A stretch of DNA of 64,000 bases from Candidatus Rokuibacteriota bacterium (lineage in GTDB: Bacteria; Methylomirabilota; Methylomirabilia; Rokubacteriales; CSP1-6): the NCBI GenBank assembly GCA_016866775.1, contig VGLJ01000002.1, positions 28,174-92,173 on the forward strand, read 5' to 3'. The stretch's first letter is position 1, and the number at the start of each line of letters is the position of its first letter. This document shows, one piece after another, positions 48,968 through 58,460 of the stretch. Below the pieces are notes generated by a model. That model saw only the letters and a list, made by a program, of their open reading frames with translations, ran no database searches and was not told the DNA's origin. Made by a program: the position numbers and the translations under genes.

Positions 48968-49690
48968 TCACCCCCCGAGATAGAGCCGCTTCACCTCGGG
49001 ATCGTCGAGCAGCGTCCGGCCGGGGCCTTCGAAGCGATTGCGTCCGAGCTCGAGGACGTAGCCGCGGTCCGCGATGGCGAGCGCGCGCGCGGCGTTCTGC
49101 TCGACGAGCATCAGCGTGAAGCCCGCCGCCTTCATCTCGACGAGCTTGTCGAAGATCTGCGTGACGAACTTCGGGGAGAGCCCGAGCGACGGCTCGTCGA
49201 GCATGATGAGGCGGGGCGCGGTCATCAGCGCGCGGCCGATGGCGACCATCTGCTGCTCGCCGCCGGACATCGTGCCGGCCTTCTGCCGCCGCCGCTCGCC
49301 CAGCACGGGGAACAACGCGAAGACGCGCTCGAGCGCCGCGGCGATCCGGCCGCCATCGCGCTCGATGTACGCGCCCATCTCGAGGTTCTCCAGCACGGTC
49401 ATCTGGGGGAAGACGATCCGCCCCTGCGGAACGTACGCGAGACCGCGGCGCAGCACGAGATCGGGGCGCAGCCCGGTGATCACGTCGCCGTTGAAGACCA
49501 CGCGGCCGGTCCGCGGCGCGAGGAAGCCGACGATCGTCTTGAAGGCCGTCGACTTGCCGGCGCCGTTCGGTCCGATGACGCTCACGATCTCGCCCTCGTG
49601 CACGGTGAGCGAGACGCGGTGGAGGATGTCCATCCGGCCATAGCCGGCGGTGAGGTCCTCGGCGACGAGGAGCGGCGCGTCGGCGGTCAT
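48968..49690 (-). CDS. livF: branched-chain amino acid ABC transporter ATP-binding protein LivF
   Basis: Walker A GPNGAGKST, signature MSGGEQQ, LivF-type C-terminus. Confidence 0.9.
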   Translation of the reverse strand: MTADAPLLVAEDLTAGYGRMDILHRVSLTVHEGEIVSVIGPNGAGKSTAFKTIVGFLAPRTGRVVFNGDVITGLRPDLVLRRGLAYVPQGRIVFPQMTVLENLEMGAYIERDGGRIAAALERVFALFPVLGERRRQKAGTMSGGEQQMVAIGRALMTAPRLIMLDEPSLGLSPKFVTQIFDKLVEMKAAGFTLMLVEQNAARALAIADRGYVLELGRNRFEGPGRTLLDDPEVKRLYLGG

Positions 49691-50334
49691 GGCCGCCGCG
49701 TGCACACGTAGAGGACGTGCGGATACGGCAGGATGTCCACCATCAAGTGGCGCCGCACCGTGAATCCGGTGCGCTCCAGCGCCGCCGTCAGCTCGTCGCC
49801 GGACCAGTAGCGGACGGGGGCGCGCGGATCCATCGCCTTGTCGAGCGCCCACGTGAACCAGCGCTTGAGCACGGGCCGCGTGTCGACGTCCTTCACGAGG
49901 AGCATCCCGCCCGGCGCGAGCGCGCGGTGGAGCTGCCGCAGGAGCGGCGGAACGGCCGCCGGAGACACGTGGTGGACGATGTCGAGCATGTACGCCGCGG
50001 CGACTTCCGAATCCCCCTTGAAGTCGCGCGCGTCGGTCTCTTCGTAGGCGACGTTCTCGAGCCCGAGGCGCGAGGCGGCACGGCGGGCGAGCGCGATGCG
50101 GCGCGTGTTGCGATCGAGGCCGCGCAGGAACCGCGCGGGCGCCGTCGCCGCGTAGTAGAGCGAGAAGAGCCCGAACCCGCAGCCGATGTCGAGCACGGTG
50201 CCGGCCGGCGGCAGGTACTGGCCGATCTCGTCGAGGAAGCGCTGATGGACGATCGCGAAGCGCGCCCAGCAATAGGCCCGCACCACGGGGTCGTCGTACG
50301 CGCGAACGATGCTACGAACGGTGTCGCTTCGCAT
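49687..50334 (-). CDS. class I SAM-dependent methyltransferase
   Basis: Motif I VLDIGCGFGLFS, motif post-I, LLVKDV; start and stop overlap flanking genes. Confidence 0.75.
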   Translation of the reverse strand: MRSDTVRSIVRAYDDPVVRAYCWARFAIVHQRFLDEIGQYLPPAGTVLDIGCGFGLFSLYYAATAPARFLRGLDRNTRRIALARRAASRLGLENVAYEETDARDFKGDSEVAAAYMLDIVHHVSPAAVPPLLRQLHRALAPGGMLLVKDVDTRPVLKRWFTWALDKAMDPRAPVRYWSGDELTAALERTGFTVRRHLMVDILPYPHVLYVCTRRP

Positions 50335-51772
50335 GGATCCGGTATCCGTCGCCCTGGCGAGCCAGGACGTAGTGCTCCTCGAGCCAGGTCGCCAGCGCGG
50401 GGAACGCGGCGATGCGCTCGTAGCCGCCGCTCGGCCACCCCGGCTCCCACAGCACGACGACCGCCGGCGGTCGCGCGCGCAGATCGCGCAGCAGCTCCGC
50501 GCGCAGCCGCTGGATCATCGGGGCCTCGACGTGGTGGAAGAAATGAAAGTCGTACACGAACCGCGTCGGCTGGACGAGCCGCGCGCGGAGCAGCGCGTGC
50601 ACGCCGCCATCCGTCGTATCGAGCACCTGAACGGTCTCGCCGGCGCGCGTCCGCGCGGCGAGATCGGAGACGAGCGCGGTCACGCGCCGCTCCTTCATCG
50701 CGATCCATCCCGAGTCCGCGGCTTCGGCCCCTTTGACGCCGAGCAGCCACACGACGGCGGCGAGTCCGGCCACGAGCATGCCGAGCGCGGGACGACGCGC
50801 GCGCTCGACCTCGGCGCAGAGCAACACCGCCGCGAACACCGCGAGCGGATAGAGGTGGTACTCCCAGCCTTTCCGCTGCAGGACGAAGTGCGCGAGACCG
50901 TACGCGAGCCCGAGCATCGCCACCGCGTGGCGGGCCGTGATCGCGCGACGCCACGCCACGCTCGCGACGGAGACCGCGAGCGTCGCGAGGATGGCCACCC
51001 AGACGTGCCAGCGGAAGTAGAGCCAGTCGGCCGGGCGGAAGACGCGTGAGTAGAGCGGCACCAGGTAGCCGAGGACGATCTCGCGCCACGCGCCGAGGGC
51101 GCCGAGAGCGGCAAGCCACGCACCGGCCGCGAGCGGCGCCACGACGATGCCGCCGACGAACGCCGCCAGCGGCGCGCCGGTACGCGTGCCAGCGCGCACC
51201 AGGATGAACACGCCGAGCGCGGCCGCCAGCACGATCGTGTGCGGCTTGATCGTCATGCCCGCACCGAGCGCGAGCCCGCCGCCGAAGAGCGCAGGCAAAC
51301 CGCCGAGCCCGCGTCCGGGCGCCGGCGTCGCGAGGCGCTCCGCCCAGCGCACGACGCCGAGCGCGCCGGCGAGCAGGAGCGGGCACAGCAAGAAATCACG
51401 CTGCCCCGCGTTCCACGCTCCACCCGCGAGATGATAGGCCGCGAAGAACAGCGCGCCTCCGATCGCGGCGACCCGTCCCCACGGGGCGGCCATCAGCGCG
51501 ACGAGGAGCGCCGCGACGCCGGTGACGCCCAGGTCCACGGCCCGCCACGCGAGATCCCCCGTCCCGAGCACGCGCACGACACCGAGATGGAAGAGATACA
51601 CGCCGGGAAAGTTCATGTCGAACAGGTCGCGGTACGGCACCGCGCCGTCCAGGATCCTCCACGCGATGTAATGCAGGATCGGCGCGTCGTGAATGAGCGG
51701 CCAGCCGAGGGACGCCCACCCGAGCCACACGACGAGAAACCCGAACGCGCCGACGAGGAGATTACCGGCCAA
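50312..51772 (-). CDS. GT-C fold membrane glycosyltransferase (family 39/83, ArnT/PMT-like), TTG start inside the livG 3' end
   Basis: ~12 TM helices, periplasmic loops, size and topology of ArnT-like transferases. Confidence 0.65.
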   Translation of the reverse strand: MAGNLLVGAFGFLVVWLGWASLGWPLIHDAPILHYIAWRILDGAVPYRDLFDMNFPGVYLFHLGVVRVLGTGDLAWRAVDLGVTGVAALLVALMAAPWGRVAAIGGALFFAAYHLAGGAWNAGQRDFLLCPLLLAGALGVVRWAERLATPAPGRGLGGLPALFGGGLALGAGMTIKPHTIVLAAALGVFILVRAGTRTGAPLAAFVGGIVVAPLAAGAWLAALGALGAWREIVLGYLVPLYSRVFRPADWLYFRWHVWVAILATLAVSVASVAWRRAITARHAVAMLGLAYGLAHFVLQRKGWEYHLYPLAVFAAVLLCAEVERARRPALGMLVAGLAAVVWLLGVKGAEAADSGWIAMKERRVTALVSDLAARTRAGETVQVLDTTDGGVHALLRARLVQPTRFVYDFHFFHHVEAPMIQRLRAELLRDLRARPPAVVVLWEPGWPSGGYERIAAFPALATWLEEHYVLARQGDGYRIHAKRHRS

Positions 51773-52466
51773 AGTAGGCTTCGATCACGCGCTGATCGCT
51801 CTGGATCACGCCCGGCGGGCCCTCCGCGATCTTCTCGCCGTGATCGAGGACGAACACGGTCTCGCACAGTCCCATGACCACTTTCATGTCGTGCTCGACG
51901 AGGAGCACCGTCTTGCCCGCGTCGCGCAGGCGCCGGACGGCGTCGAGCAGCTCGTTGAGCAGCGTGCGGTTGACGCCGGCGGCCGGCTCGTCGAGGAGCA
52001 CGAGCGACGGGTCGCGCATGAGCATCCGCACGAACTCGACGAGCTTCTGCTGCCCGTAGGACAGATTGCCCGCATACTCGCCCGCGAGATCCTGAAGCCT
52101 GACGAAGGCGAGCAGCTCGCGCGCGTGCGCCTCGGCCGCCGCGCGCGGACCGCGCGTCACAACCAGCAGGTTCTCGAGCGCGGTGAGCTCGGGGAACACG
52201 CGGATCATCTGGAACGTGCGGCCGACGCCACGGCGTGCGATCTCGTACGGCTGCAGCCCGTGGATCGGCTCCCCGTCGAGCAGGATGCGGCCCCGATCGA
52301 GCCGCTCGACGCCGGTGATGCAGTTGAACAGCGTGGTCTTGCCCGAGCCGTTCGGTCCGATGAGCCCGTGGATGCGGCCGCGCTCGAGCGACAACGACAC
52401 TCCGCTGACGGCGCGCACGCCGCCGAAGCTCTTGTGGACGTCCGCCACCTCGAGGGCGGGTGCCAA
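51762..52466 (-). CDS. livG: branched-chain amino acid ABC transporter ATP-binding protein LivG (TTG start overlapping the livM stop)
   Basis: Walker A GPNGSGKTT, signature LSYGQQK, LLDEPAAG. Confidence 0.9.
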   Translation of the reverse strand: MAPALEVADVHKSFGGVRAVSGVSLSLERGRIHGLIGPNGSGKTTLFNCITGVERLDRGRILLDGEPIHGLQPYEIARRGVGRTFQMIRVFPELTALENLLVVTRGPRAAAEAHARELLAFVRLQDLAGEYAGNLSYGQQKLVEFVRMLMRDPSLVLLDEPAAGVNRTLLNELLDAVRRLRDAGKTVLLVEHDMKVVMGLCETVFVLDHGEKIAEGPPGVIQSDQRVIEAYFGR

Positions 52467-52468
52467 GG

Positions 52469-53389
52469 TCAGACCGTCCTCGGCAGCCGGTACTTGAGCT
52501 GGAGGAGCCCGAGGATCCCGCGCGGCATCGCGAGCACGACCGCGACGATGATCGCGCCGAAGAGCAGCGGGTGGATGTACGGATACCGCGCCCAGACCAT
52601 CTCCTGGGCGACGAAGAGGACGACGGCGCCGAGCACCGGGCCCCAGACCGTCCCCTTGCCGCCGAAGAGCGTCATCACGATCATCGTGATCGTCGTCGCG
52701 AGCGGGAACACGCTGAGCGGCTCGATGTAGCCCTGATCGCGCGCGGTGAGCGCGCCGGCGATCCCGGGACCGATCGCCGACAGCAGGAACGCGACGAGCT
52801 TGTGCCGGAACGTGGGAATGCCCATCGCCTCGGCCGCGACCTCGTCTTCGCGAATCGTCATCAGCCGCAGACCGAACCGCGACCCGATGATGAGGCGCGC
52901 GCCGAACGTCACCGCGAGCGCCGTCACGCCCATCGCGTAGTAGATCGGCACCGTCGCGTCGAGCGTCGGCATCGACAGCCCGTTGCCGCCGCCCGTGAGC
53001 CCCTCGAAGTACGAGACGAGCGCGCGCAGCACCTCGTTGAGGCCGAGCATCGCGATGGCGAAGTACGGCCCCTTCAGCCGGAGACACGGTCCTCCGATGG
53101 CGAGCGCGAGGACGCCGGCGGCGGCGCCGGCCGCGAGCGTCGCGATCGGCCACGACCAGCCGGCGGACGCGATCAGGATGCCCGCCGTGTAGGCGCCGGC
53201 GCCGAAGAACGCGACGTGGCCGAACGACACGTAGCCCGTGAGCCCCGAGATGAGGTTCCAGGAGCCGGCGAGCGCGATCCACATGAAGGCCTGGAGCACG
53301 GAGCGGAGGCCGTAGCCCGTCCCGACGGCCGGATAGCAGGCGAGCGCGACGAGCACCAGGACGAGCGCGGCGAGCACGGCGGGCCTCAC
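52469..53389 (-). CDS. livM: branched-chain amino acid ABC permease LivM (GTG start overlapping the livH stop)
   Basis: LivM-type hydrophobic sequence (YAMGVTALAVTFGA...). Confidence 0.85.
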   Translation of the reverse strand: MRPAVLAALVLVLVALACYPAVGTGYGLRSVLQAFMWIALAGSWNLISGLTGYVSFGHVAFFGAGAYTAGILIASAGWSWPIATLAAGAAAGVLALAIGGPCLRLKGPYFAIAMLGLNEVLRALVSYFEGLTGGGNGLSMPTLDATVPIYYAMGVTALAVTFGARLIIGSRFGLRLMTIREDEVAAEAMGIPTFRHKLVAFLLSAIGPGIAGALTARDQGYIEPLSVFPLATTITMIVMTLFGGKGTVWGPVLGAVVLFVAQEMVWARYPYIHPLLFGAIIVAVVLAMPRGILGLLQLKYRLPRTV

Positions 53390-54264
53390 GTCTGCCGGCC
53401 TCCGAGCAGGCCCGTGGGCCGCACGAGGAGGACGAGCACGAGCAGCACGTACGCGACGACCTCGGAGAGCTGCGTGGTGAGGAAGAGCGAGGCGAGCTGC
53501 TCGATCAGCCCGAGCAGCATCCCGCCGAGGAGCGCGCCCGGGTAGTTCCCCGCGCCGCCGAGGACGATCACGAGGAACGACTTGAACGTCCAGATCTGGC
53601 CCATCTCCGGCTGGATGGCGACGATGACCGAGATCAACGCGCCCCCCGCGGCGGCGAGCGCGCTCGCGAGCCCGAACGTGAGGCGGTGGATCTTGCCCAC
53701 GTCGATGCCGCACACCATCGCGACCTCGCGGCTCTGCGACGTCGCGCGGATCGCCTTGCCGAGGCGCGTGGACCGGAGGAAGAGGAACGCGCCGCCGGTG
53801 AGGAAGCCGGCGAACACGAACGCGATGACGCGCGACTTCGAGAAGGCGAACGGGCCGAGCACCCACGAGCCCGTGATGTATTCGACCGCGCGCAGGTCGG
53901 AGGTGAACGCGAGCTGTGCTCCGTTGACGAGCGCGATGGAGATGCCGAACGTCAGCAGCAGCGACGACAGCTCGGGCGCGTCGACGACGCGGAACACGAG
54001 CGTCCGCTCCAGCACGACGCCGGCGACGAACAGCACGGCCATGCTGATCGGCACGGTGAGATACGGATTCAGCCCGAACGCGCTGTAGAGGAAGAAGGTC
54101 GTGTACGCGCCGAGCATCAGCAGGGGCCCGTGCGCGACGTTGATGATCCTCATGACGCCGAAGATCAGCGCGAGCCCGAGCGCGACCATCGAATAGAGAA
54201 CGCCCGAGAGAATGCCCGAGATGATGACCTGCCCGATCATGGCCGGCGTGATGACGATGTTCAT
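53386..54264 (-). CDS. livH: branched-chain amino acid ABC permease LivH
   Basis: LivH-type sequence (GVMRIINVAHGPLLMLGAYTT...). Confidence 0.9.
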   Translation of the reverse strand: MNIVITPAMIGQVIISGILSGVLYSMVALGLALIFGVMRIINVAHGPLLMLGAYTTFFLYSAFGLNPYLTVPISMAVLFVAGVVLERTLVFRVVDAPELSSLLLTFGISIALVNGAQLAFTSDLRAVEYITGSWVLGPFAFSKSRVIAFVFAGFLTGGAFLFLRSTRLGKAIRATSQSREVAMVCGIDVGKIHRLTFGLASALAAAGGALISVIVAIQPEMGQIWTFKSFLVIVLGGAGNYPGALLGGMLLGLIEQLASLFLTTQLSEVVAYVLLVLVLLVRPTGLLGGRQT

Positions 54265-54365
54265 GTGGCTCTGATCTCAATCGTCACGCGTTGGCTCAGC
54301 AGTGTCCGAGCGCCGGCTCCGCCGGCGCATCCTGCCCTGGGGAGGCAGGAAGGAGCACGCCGCAG

Positions 54366-54414
54366 GCGTGCGACGACCGTCGGAAGGGGGGCGCGAAGCC
54401 CCCCTCCGAGTTAT
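54366..54414. repeat. REP-like palindromic element, copy C, filling the livK-livH intergenic spacer and abutting the livK stop codon
   Basis: gcgtgcgacgaccgtcGGAAGGGGGGcgcgaagCCCCCCTCCgagttatc; ~90% identical to copy A. Confidence 0.65.
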
Positions 54415-55593
54415 CTATCGCCCGGACCAGGGTGGAGTGGGGAAGAGGACCTTGCCCTGGGCGAGGTCGTCCGGCCACACGATGACCTTCTTCTCCTTCT
54501 GCCACTGGAAGGTGACCATCTTGTGCGCGGTCTGGAAGCCGTCCTGGTCGACCTTGTAGTCGCCGAACATCGTGCGGATCTCGAGCTTCAGCAGCGCGTC
54601 ACGCACCTTGTCGGAGTCGAGGCTGCCGGCGCGCTTGACGCCCTCCGCGTAGATCAGGCAGCCCGCGTAGCCGGCCGCGGAGTGGTACACCGGCTCGCGC
54701 TTGAACTCGGCCTTGTACGCCTCGAACCATTCCTTGTTGCCGGGATACTTGAGGTCCGCCTCCCACTGCGTGGCGCCGTAGATGTACTCGGCGTTGCCCT
54801 TCAGCAGGTCGTAGAACTCCGGGAGGTCCCCGCCGACGGTCACGCCGTACATCTTCGGGTTCACGTTGAGCTCGCGCATCTGCCGCGTGAGCGCGACCGC
54901 GTCGTCGAAGTACGTCGCGGCGGCGATGACGTCCGGGTTGGCGGCCTTGATCTTCGTCAGCAGTGCGGAAAAGTCCGTGTTGCCCTTCGGGTACGCCTCG
55001 GTCAAGACGATCTGCATGCCCTTTTTCTTGGCGAGGTCGGCGGCGCCGGCCGCCGCAGCCTTCGAGAACAGCGTGTCCTCGTTCACGATGGCCACGGTCT
55101 TGAGCCCGCGCCTGGCCGCCGTGTCGACGAGGCCCTCCAGGTACACCTCGGCGGGCGAGATGACCATGAACATGTACTTGCGGCCCTTCTTGAAGATCGA
55201 CGTCGTCGCGGCGAGCGGCGACACCATCACCTTTTTGTACTTCTCGGTGACGTTGGCCACGGCCTCGGTGATCGGCGACGAATACGGGCCCATCACCACG
55301 TCGACCTTGTCCTCGGTGATCAGCTTTTCGTACAGGCGCACGCCCGTCGGCGGCATCGACTGGTCGTCGTAGATGACGAACTCGACTTTCCGGCCGAGCA
55401 GGCCGCCCTTCGCGTTCAACTCCTTCTGGCAGAACTGGTAGCCCTCGTGCTGGTATTTTCCGGGCTTCGCGTAGGTGCCGGTCAGCGACAGCGAGGCGCC
55501 GATCCGGATCGGGCCCTGGGCGTCGGCCGCGAGCGAGGCACAGAAGACGCCGAGGACCGTGAGAACGACGGCGAGAATCGCCGGACGTTTCAT
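54415..55593 (-). CDS. livK: branched-chain amino acid ABC transporter substrate-binding protein (true start MKRPAILAVVL, signal peptide)
   Basis: Periplasmic binding protein type I (LivJ/K-like); GGAGGT RBS. Confidence 0.9.
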   Translation of the reverse strand: MKRPAILAVVLTVLGVFCASLAADAQGPIRIGASLSLTGTYAKPGKYQHEGYQFCQKELNAKGGLLGRKVEFVIYDDQSMPPTGVRLYEKLITEDKVDVVMGPYSSPITEAVANVTEKYKKVMVSPLAATTSIFKKGRKYMFMVISPAEVYLEGLVDTAARRGLKTVAIVNEDTLFSKAAAAGAADLAKKKGMQIVLTEAYPKGNTDFSALLTKIKAANPDVIAAATYFDDAVALTRQMRELNVNPKMYGVTVGGDLPEFYDLLKGNAEYIYGATQWEADLKYPGNKEWFEAYKAEFKREPVYHSAAGYAGCLIYAEGVKRAGSLDSDKVRDALLKLEIRTMFGDYKVDQDGFQTAHKMVTFQWQKEKKVIVWPDDLAQGKVLFPTPPWSGR

Positions 55594-55696
55594 CGTGACC
55601 TCCGTGTGATGAAAGTGCGCGCCAGCGTAACACAGGGTCGCGCGCGGGTTCCGGGCCGCCGCTTGGTCGCGGTGGTAGGGTGGAGGTAGGAGCGGC

Positions 55697-56103
55697 ATGA
55701 AGGCCGAACCCGCCAGCCCCGGAACGCCGTCCGTCGGACGCTCCATCCTGATCATCGAAGATCACGATGACGCGCGCGAGGCGCTGCGCGCGCTGCTCGA
55801 GCTCGAGGGCCACCGGGTCGAGGCGGCCGCCTCGGGCCCCCGGGCGTCGAGCTCGCGCGCCAGACGCTGCCCGACATCGCGCTGGTGGACATCGGGCTGC
55901 CGGAAGTCGACGGCTACGAGGTGGCGCGGCGTCTCTGCGGACTCACCGGCCGCCCGTACCTGATCGCGCCGACGGGGTACGGCCAGCCGGACGACGTCAA
56001 GCGCGCCCGGGACGCCGGCTTCGACGCCCACCTTCTCAAGCCCGTCGATCCCGACGCGCTGGCGAAGGTCCTGAGCGCGGCCCCCTACTCGCGGAACTCC
56101 TGA
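55697..56103 (+). CDS. single-domain CheY-like response regulator; apparent -1 frameshift near 55845 (C5/G3 homopolymer)
   Basis: N-half ILIIEDHDDAREALRALLELEGHRVEAAASGP in one frame; C-half LPDIALVDIGLPEVDGYEVARRL...LLKPVD in the adjacent frame. Confidence 0.6.
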
Positions 56104-56582
56104 TCCAGGATCTCGCGGATGAAGCGGTCGAGGGAGACGGGATAGAACCGCGCGTCCGGCGACACGATCACGCCGGTGTCGATGATCTCGCGGCGTGAGA
56201 GCTCCTCCAGCACCCGCTCGACGTGGCTGCCGGCGTCGCGATCCTGCCGCCGGATCTTCAGATCGTCGCTCTCGAGGGTCACGCGGCCCGCGTATTTGAA
56301 GCTGAACACCCGCGCGACGATCCGGTGATCCATCAGCTCCTGCTCGCCGAACAACTCACCGTAGGTCGGCCCGTCACGGCCGGGCGCGATGACGAGCCGG
56401 GGCGAGACCTTGATGCGCCCGCGCACTTCCACGGAGCGCGCCGGGGCGTCGTGATCCGCGCCGACGAGGATGTACGGCAGCACGTGGTAGCCGCTGATGA
56501 TCCCGCGGAGCGGCTTGCGCAGCACCGTCGTCTCGTCGAAGACGTGCTGGAGCAGCTCCGCGTCGTTCCATTCGGGGTCCAT
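56085..56582 (-). CDS. hypothetical protein (165 aa; start MDPEWNDAELL)
   Basis: ORF track; no recognised family; translationally coupled to the upstream zinc-ribbon ORF. Confidence 0.4.
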   Translation of the reverse strand: MDPEWNDAELLQHVFDETTVLRKPLRGIISGYHVLPYILVGADHDAPARSVEVRGRIKVSPRLVIAPGRDGPTYGELFGEQELMDHRIVARVFSFKYAGRVTLESDDLKIRRQDRDAGSHVERVLEELSRREIIDTGVIVSPDARFYPVSLDRFIREILDQEFRE

Positions 56583-56767
56583 CACGGATCCGCGCAATCG
56601 CGATAGAAGCCACACCGCTTGCAGAGGATCTTGCACTTCTGCTCTTCCATCCGCGCGCCGCACCGCTCGCAGTAGTGCTCCCACTCCACGCCGCCGCCGC
56701 CCCGATCGATCGCGCGGTCGTTCATGGCGAGAGCGTGGCATCCGATCCGCCGGCAAGTCAACATCAC
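56582..56767 (-). CDS. small zinc-ribbon protein (two or three CxxC pairs)
   Basis: HYCERCGARMEEQKCKILCKRCGFYRDC. Confidence 0.4.
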   Translation of the reverse strand: MMLTCRRIGCHALAMNDRAIDRGGGGVEWEHYCERCGARMEEQKCKILCKRCGFYRDCADP

Positions 56768-56790
56768 TTCGAGTCCCGTACACTGGCGCC

Positions 56791-57456
56791 ATGGCGGAGA
56801 CGCGCCGCGCGAAGCGCCGGGTGTTTCTCCTCTCGCCCGCCCGCAGCGACGGCGAGCGCGCGGCGCTGCTCACTTCGCCCCGCGCGGCGTTCCCGCTCGC
56901 GCGCCAGCTGCGCGAGGCCGAGGGCGCGCCGCTCGGCGACGTGATGAGCTTCCTCTCGGGCCTCTACTTCCGCGGCAAGCTGACCTACGCCATGACGTTC
57001 GCGCGGCCGCCGGCCAGGACGGAGGGCGTGCTCGTCATCACGCCGGACCGCGGGCTGCAGCCGCCGTCGTCGCCGTTCACGCTCGACGTCATGCGCCGCG
57101 CCGCGGGCGTCGACATCGACGCCGCGAACCGCCGCTATCGCCGGCCGCTGGAGGCCAGCGCGCTGGCGCTGGCCGCGCGTCTCAAGCCGCGCGACGAGGT
57201 CGTCCTGCTCGGGAGCATCGCGTCAGGGAAATACGTCGACGTCCTGACGCGGATCTTCGGCCAGCGCCTCCTGTTCCCGGCCGACTTCGTCGGACGCGGC
57301 GACATGAGCCGTGGCGGCCTGCTGCTGCGGTGCGTGCGCGAGGGCACCGAGCTGACCTACGTGCCGGTCGCCGGCGCCGTCCGTAGCGGCCCTCGGCCGC
57401 CGAAGCTCGCACCGCTGCCGCGCGCAACGCCCGTGCTCCTGCCGGGGCGGCCCTGA
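56791..57456 (+). CDS. conserved hypothetical protein (221 aa); stop overlaps the start of the LigD-polymerase gene (TGATG)
   Basis: ATG at 56791; no family recognised by eye. Confidence 0.45.
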   Translation: MAETRRAKRRVFLLSPARSDGERAALLTSPRAAFPLARQLREAEGAPLGDVMSFLSGLYFRGKLTYAMTFARPPARTEGVLVITPDRGLQPPSSPFTLDVMRRAAGVDIDAANRRYRRPLEASALALAARLKPRDEVVLLGSIASGKYVDVLTRIFGQRLLFPADFVGRGDMSRGGLLLRCVREGTELTYVPVAGAVRSGPRPPKLAPLPRATPVLLPGRP

Positions 57457-58460
57457 TGGCGCGCGCCCCCCGCGCGCGCCACTCGGCGACGGTCGCGCGC
57501 GCGCGGCGGGCGCTCACCGCGGCTGTGCCCAAGGTCCGCATCCCGCGCGATCGCACCAACGCCACGCTGGAGATCGGCGACCGCACGGTCCACCTGACCA
57601 ACCTCGAGAAGCCGTTCTGGCCGGAGCTCGGTCTCACGAAGGGCGATCTGCTGCAGTACTACGCGGACGTGGCACCCGTCCTGCTCCCCCACGTGCGCGA
57701 CCGCGCGATGGTGATGAAGCGCTATCCGAACGGCGCCGGCGGCGAGTTCTTCTTCATGAAGCGCGCGCCGACGCCGCGGCCCGAGTGGATCGAGACCTGC
57801 GCGATCGCGCACGCGTCCGGCCGCGTCATCGACTTTCCGATGATCCAGGATCTCGGGGCACTGCTCTGGGTGGTGAACCTCGGCTGCATCGACCTGAACG
57901 AGTGGTACGCGCGCTGCGACGACGTCGACCGGCCCGACTCCCTGCACTTCGACCTCGACCCGACGCCGGGCGCGACGTTCGCGCAGATCCGCGAGGCCGC
58001 GCTCATCGTCCACGAGGCCCTGGGCGCGCTCGACATGCCGAGCCACGCGAAGACGACGGGCTCGCGCGGCCTGCACGTCTACGTGCCGATCGTTCGCGGG
58101 CCGACGCAGGACCAGGTCTGGGCGCTCTCGAAGCGGCTGTCGCACGAGATCGCGAGGACGCACCCGCGCCTGCTCACCGCGGTCTACGCGAAAGCGCGGC
58201 GGCCGGAGCGCCGCGTGCTGGTCGACTACAACCAGAACGCGTGGGGCCGCACGCTGGCGTCGGTCTATTCGGTCCGCCCGAAGCCGCAGGCGACGGTCTC
58301 GACGCCCGTGACGTGGAAAGAAGTCGAGCGTGGGGTCGAGATCGAGGACTTCCGCATCGACAACGTGCGCGGGCGGCTCGCGAAGGTGGGCGACCTGTGG
58401 GCCCCGGTTCTGCCGTCGTCGAAGCCCCGCGCGCGCCTCGCGCCGCTGCTGAAGAGCTAG
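57456..58460 (+). CDS. NHEJ polymerase/primase (LigD polymerase-domain protein, stand-alone)
   Basis: LEKPFWPELGLTKGDLLQYY...HFDLDP...GSRGLHVYVP archaeo-eukaryotic primase motifs typical of LigD PolDom. Confidence 0.75.
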   Translation: MARAPRARHSATVARARRALTAAVPKVRIPRDRTNATLEIGDRTVHLTNLEKPFWPELGLTKGDLLQYYADVAPVLLPHVRDRAMVMKRYPNGAGGEFFFMKRAPTPRPEWIETCAIAHASGRVIDFPMIQDLGALLWVVNLGCIDLNEWYARCDDVDRPDSLHFDLDPTPGATFAQIREAALIVHEALGALDMPSHAKTTGSRGLHVYVPIVRGPTQDQVWALSKRLSHEIARTHPRLLTAVYAKARRPERRVLVDYNQNAWGRTLASVYSVRPKPQATVSTPVTWKEVERGVEIEDFRIDNVRGRLAKVGDLWAPVLPSSKPRARLAPLLKS

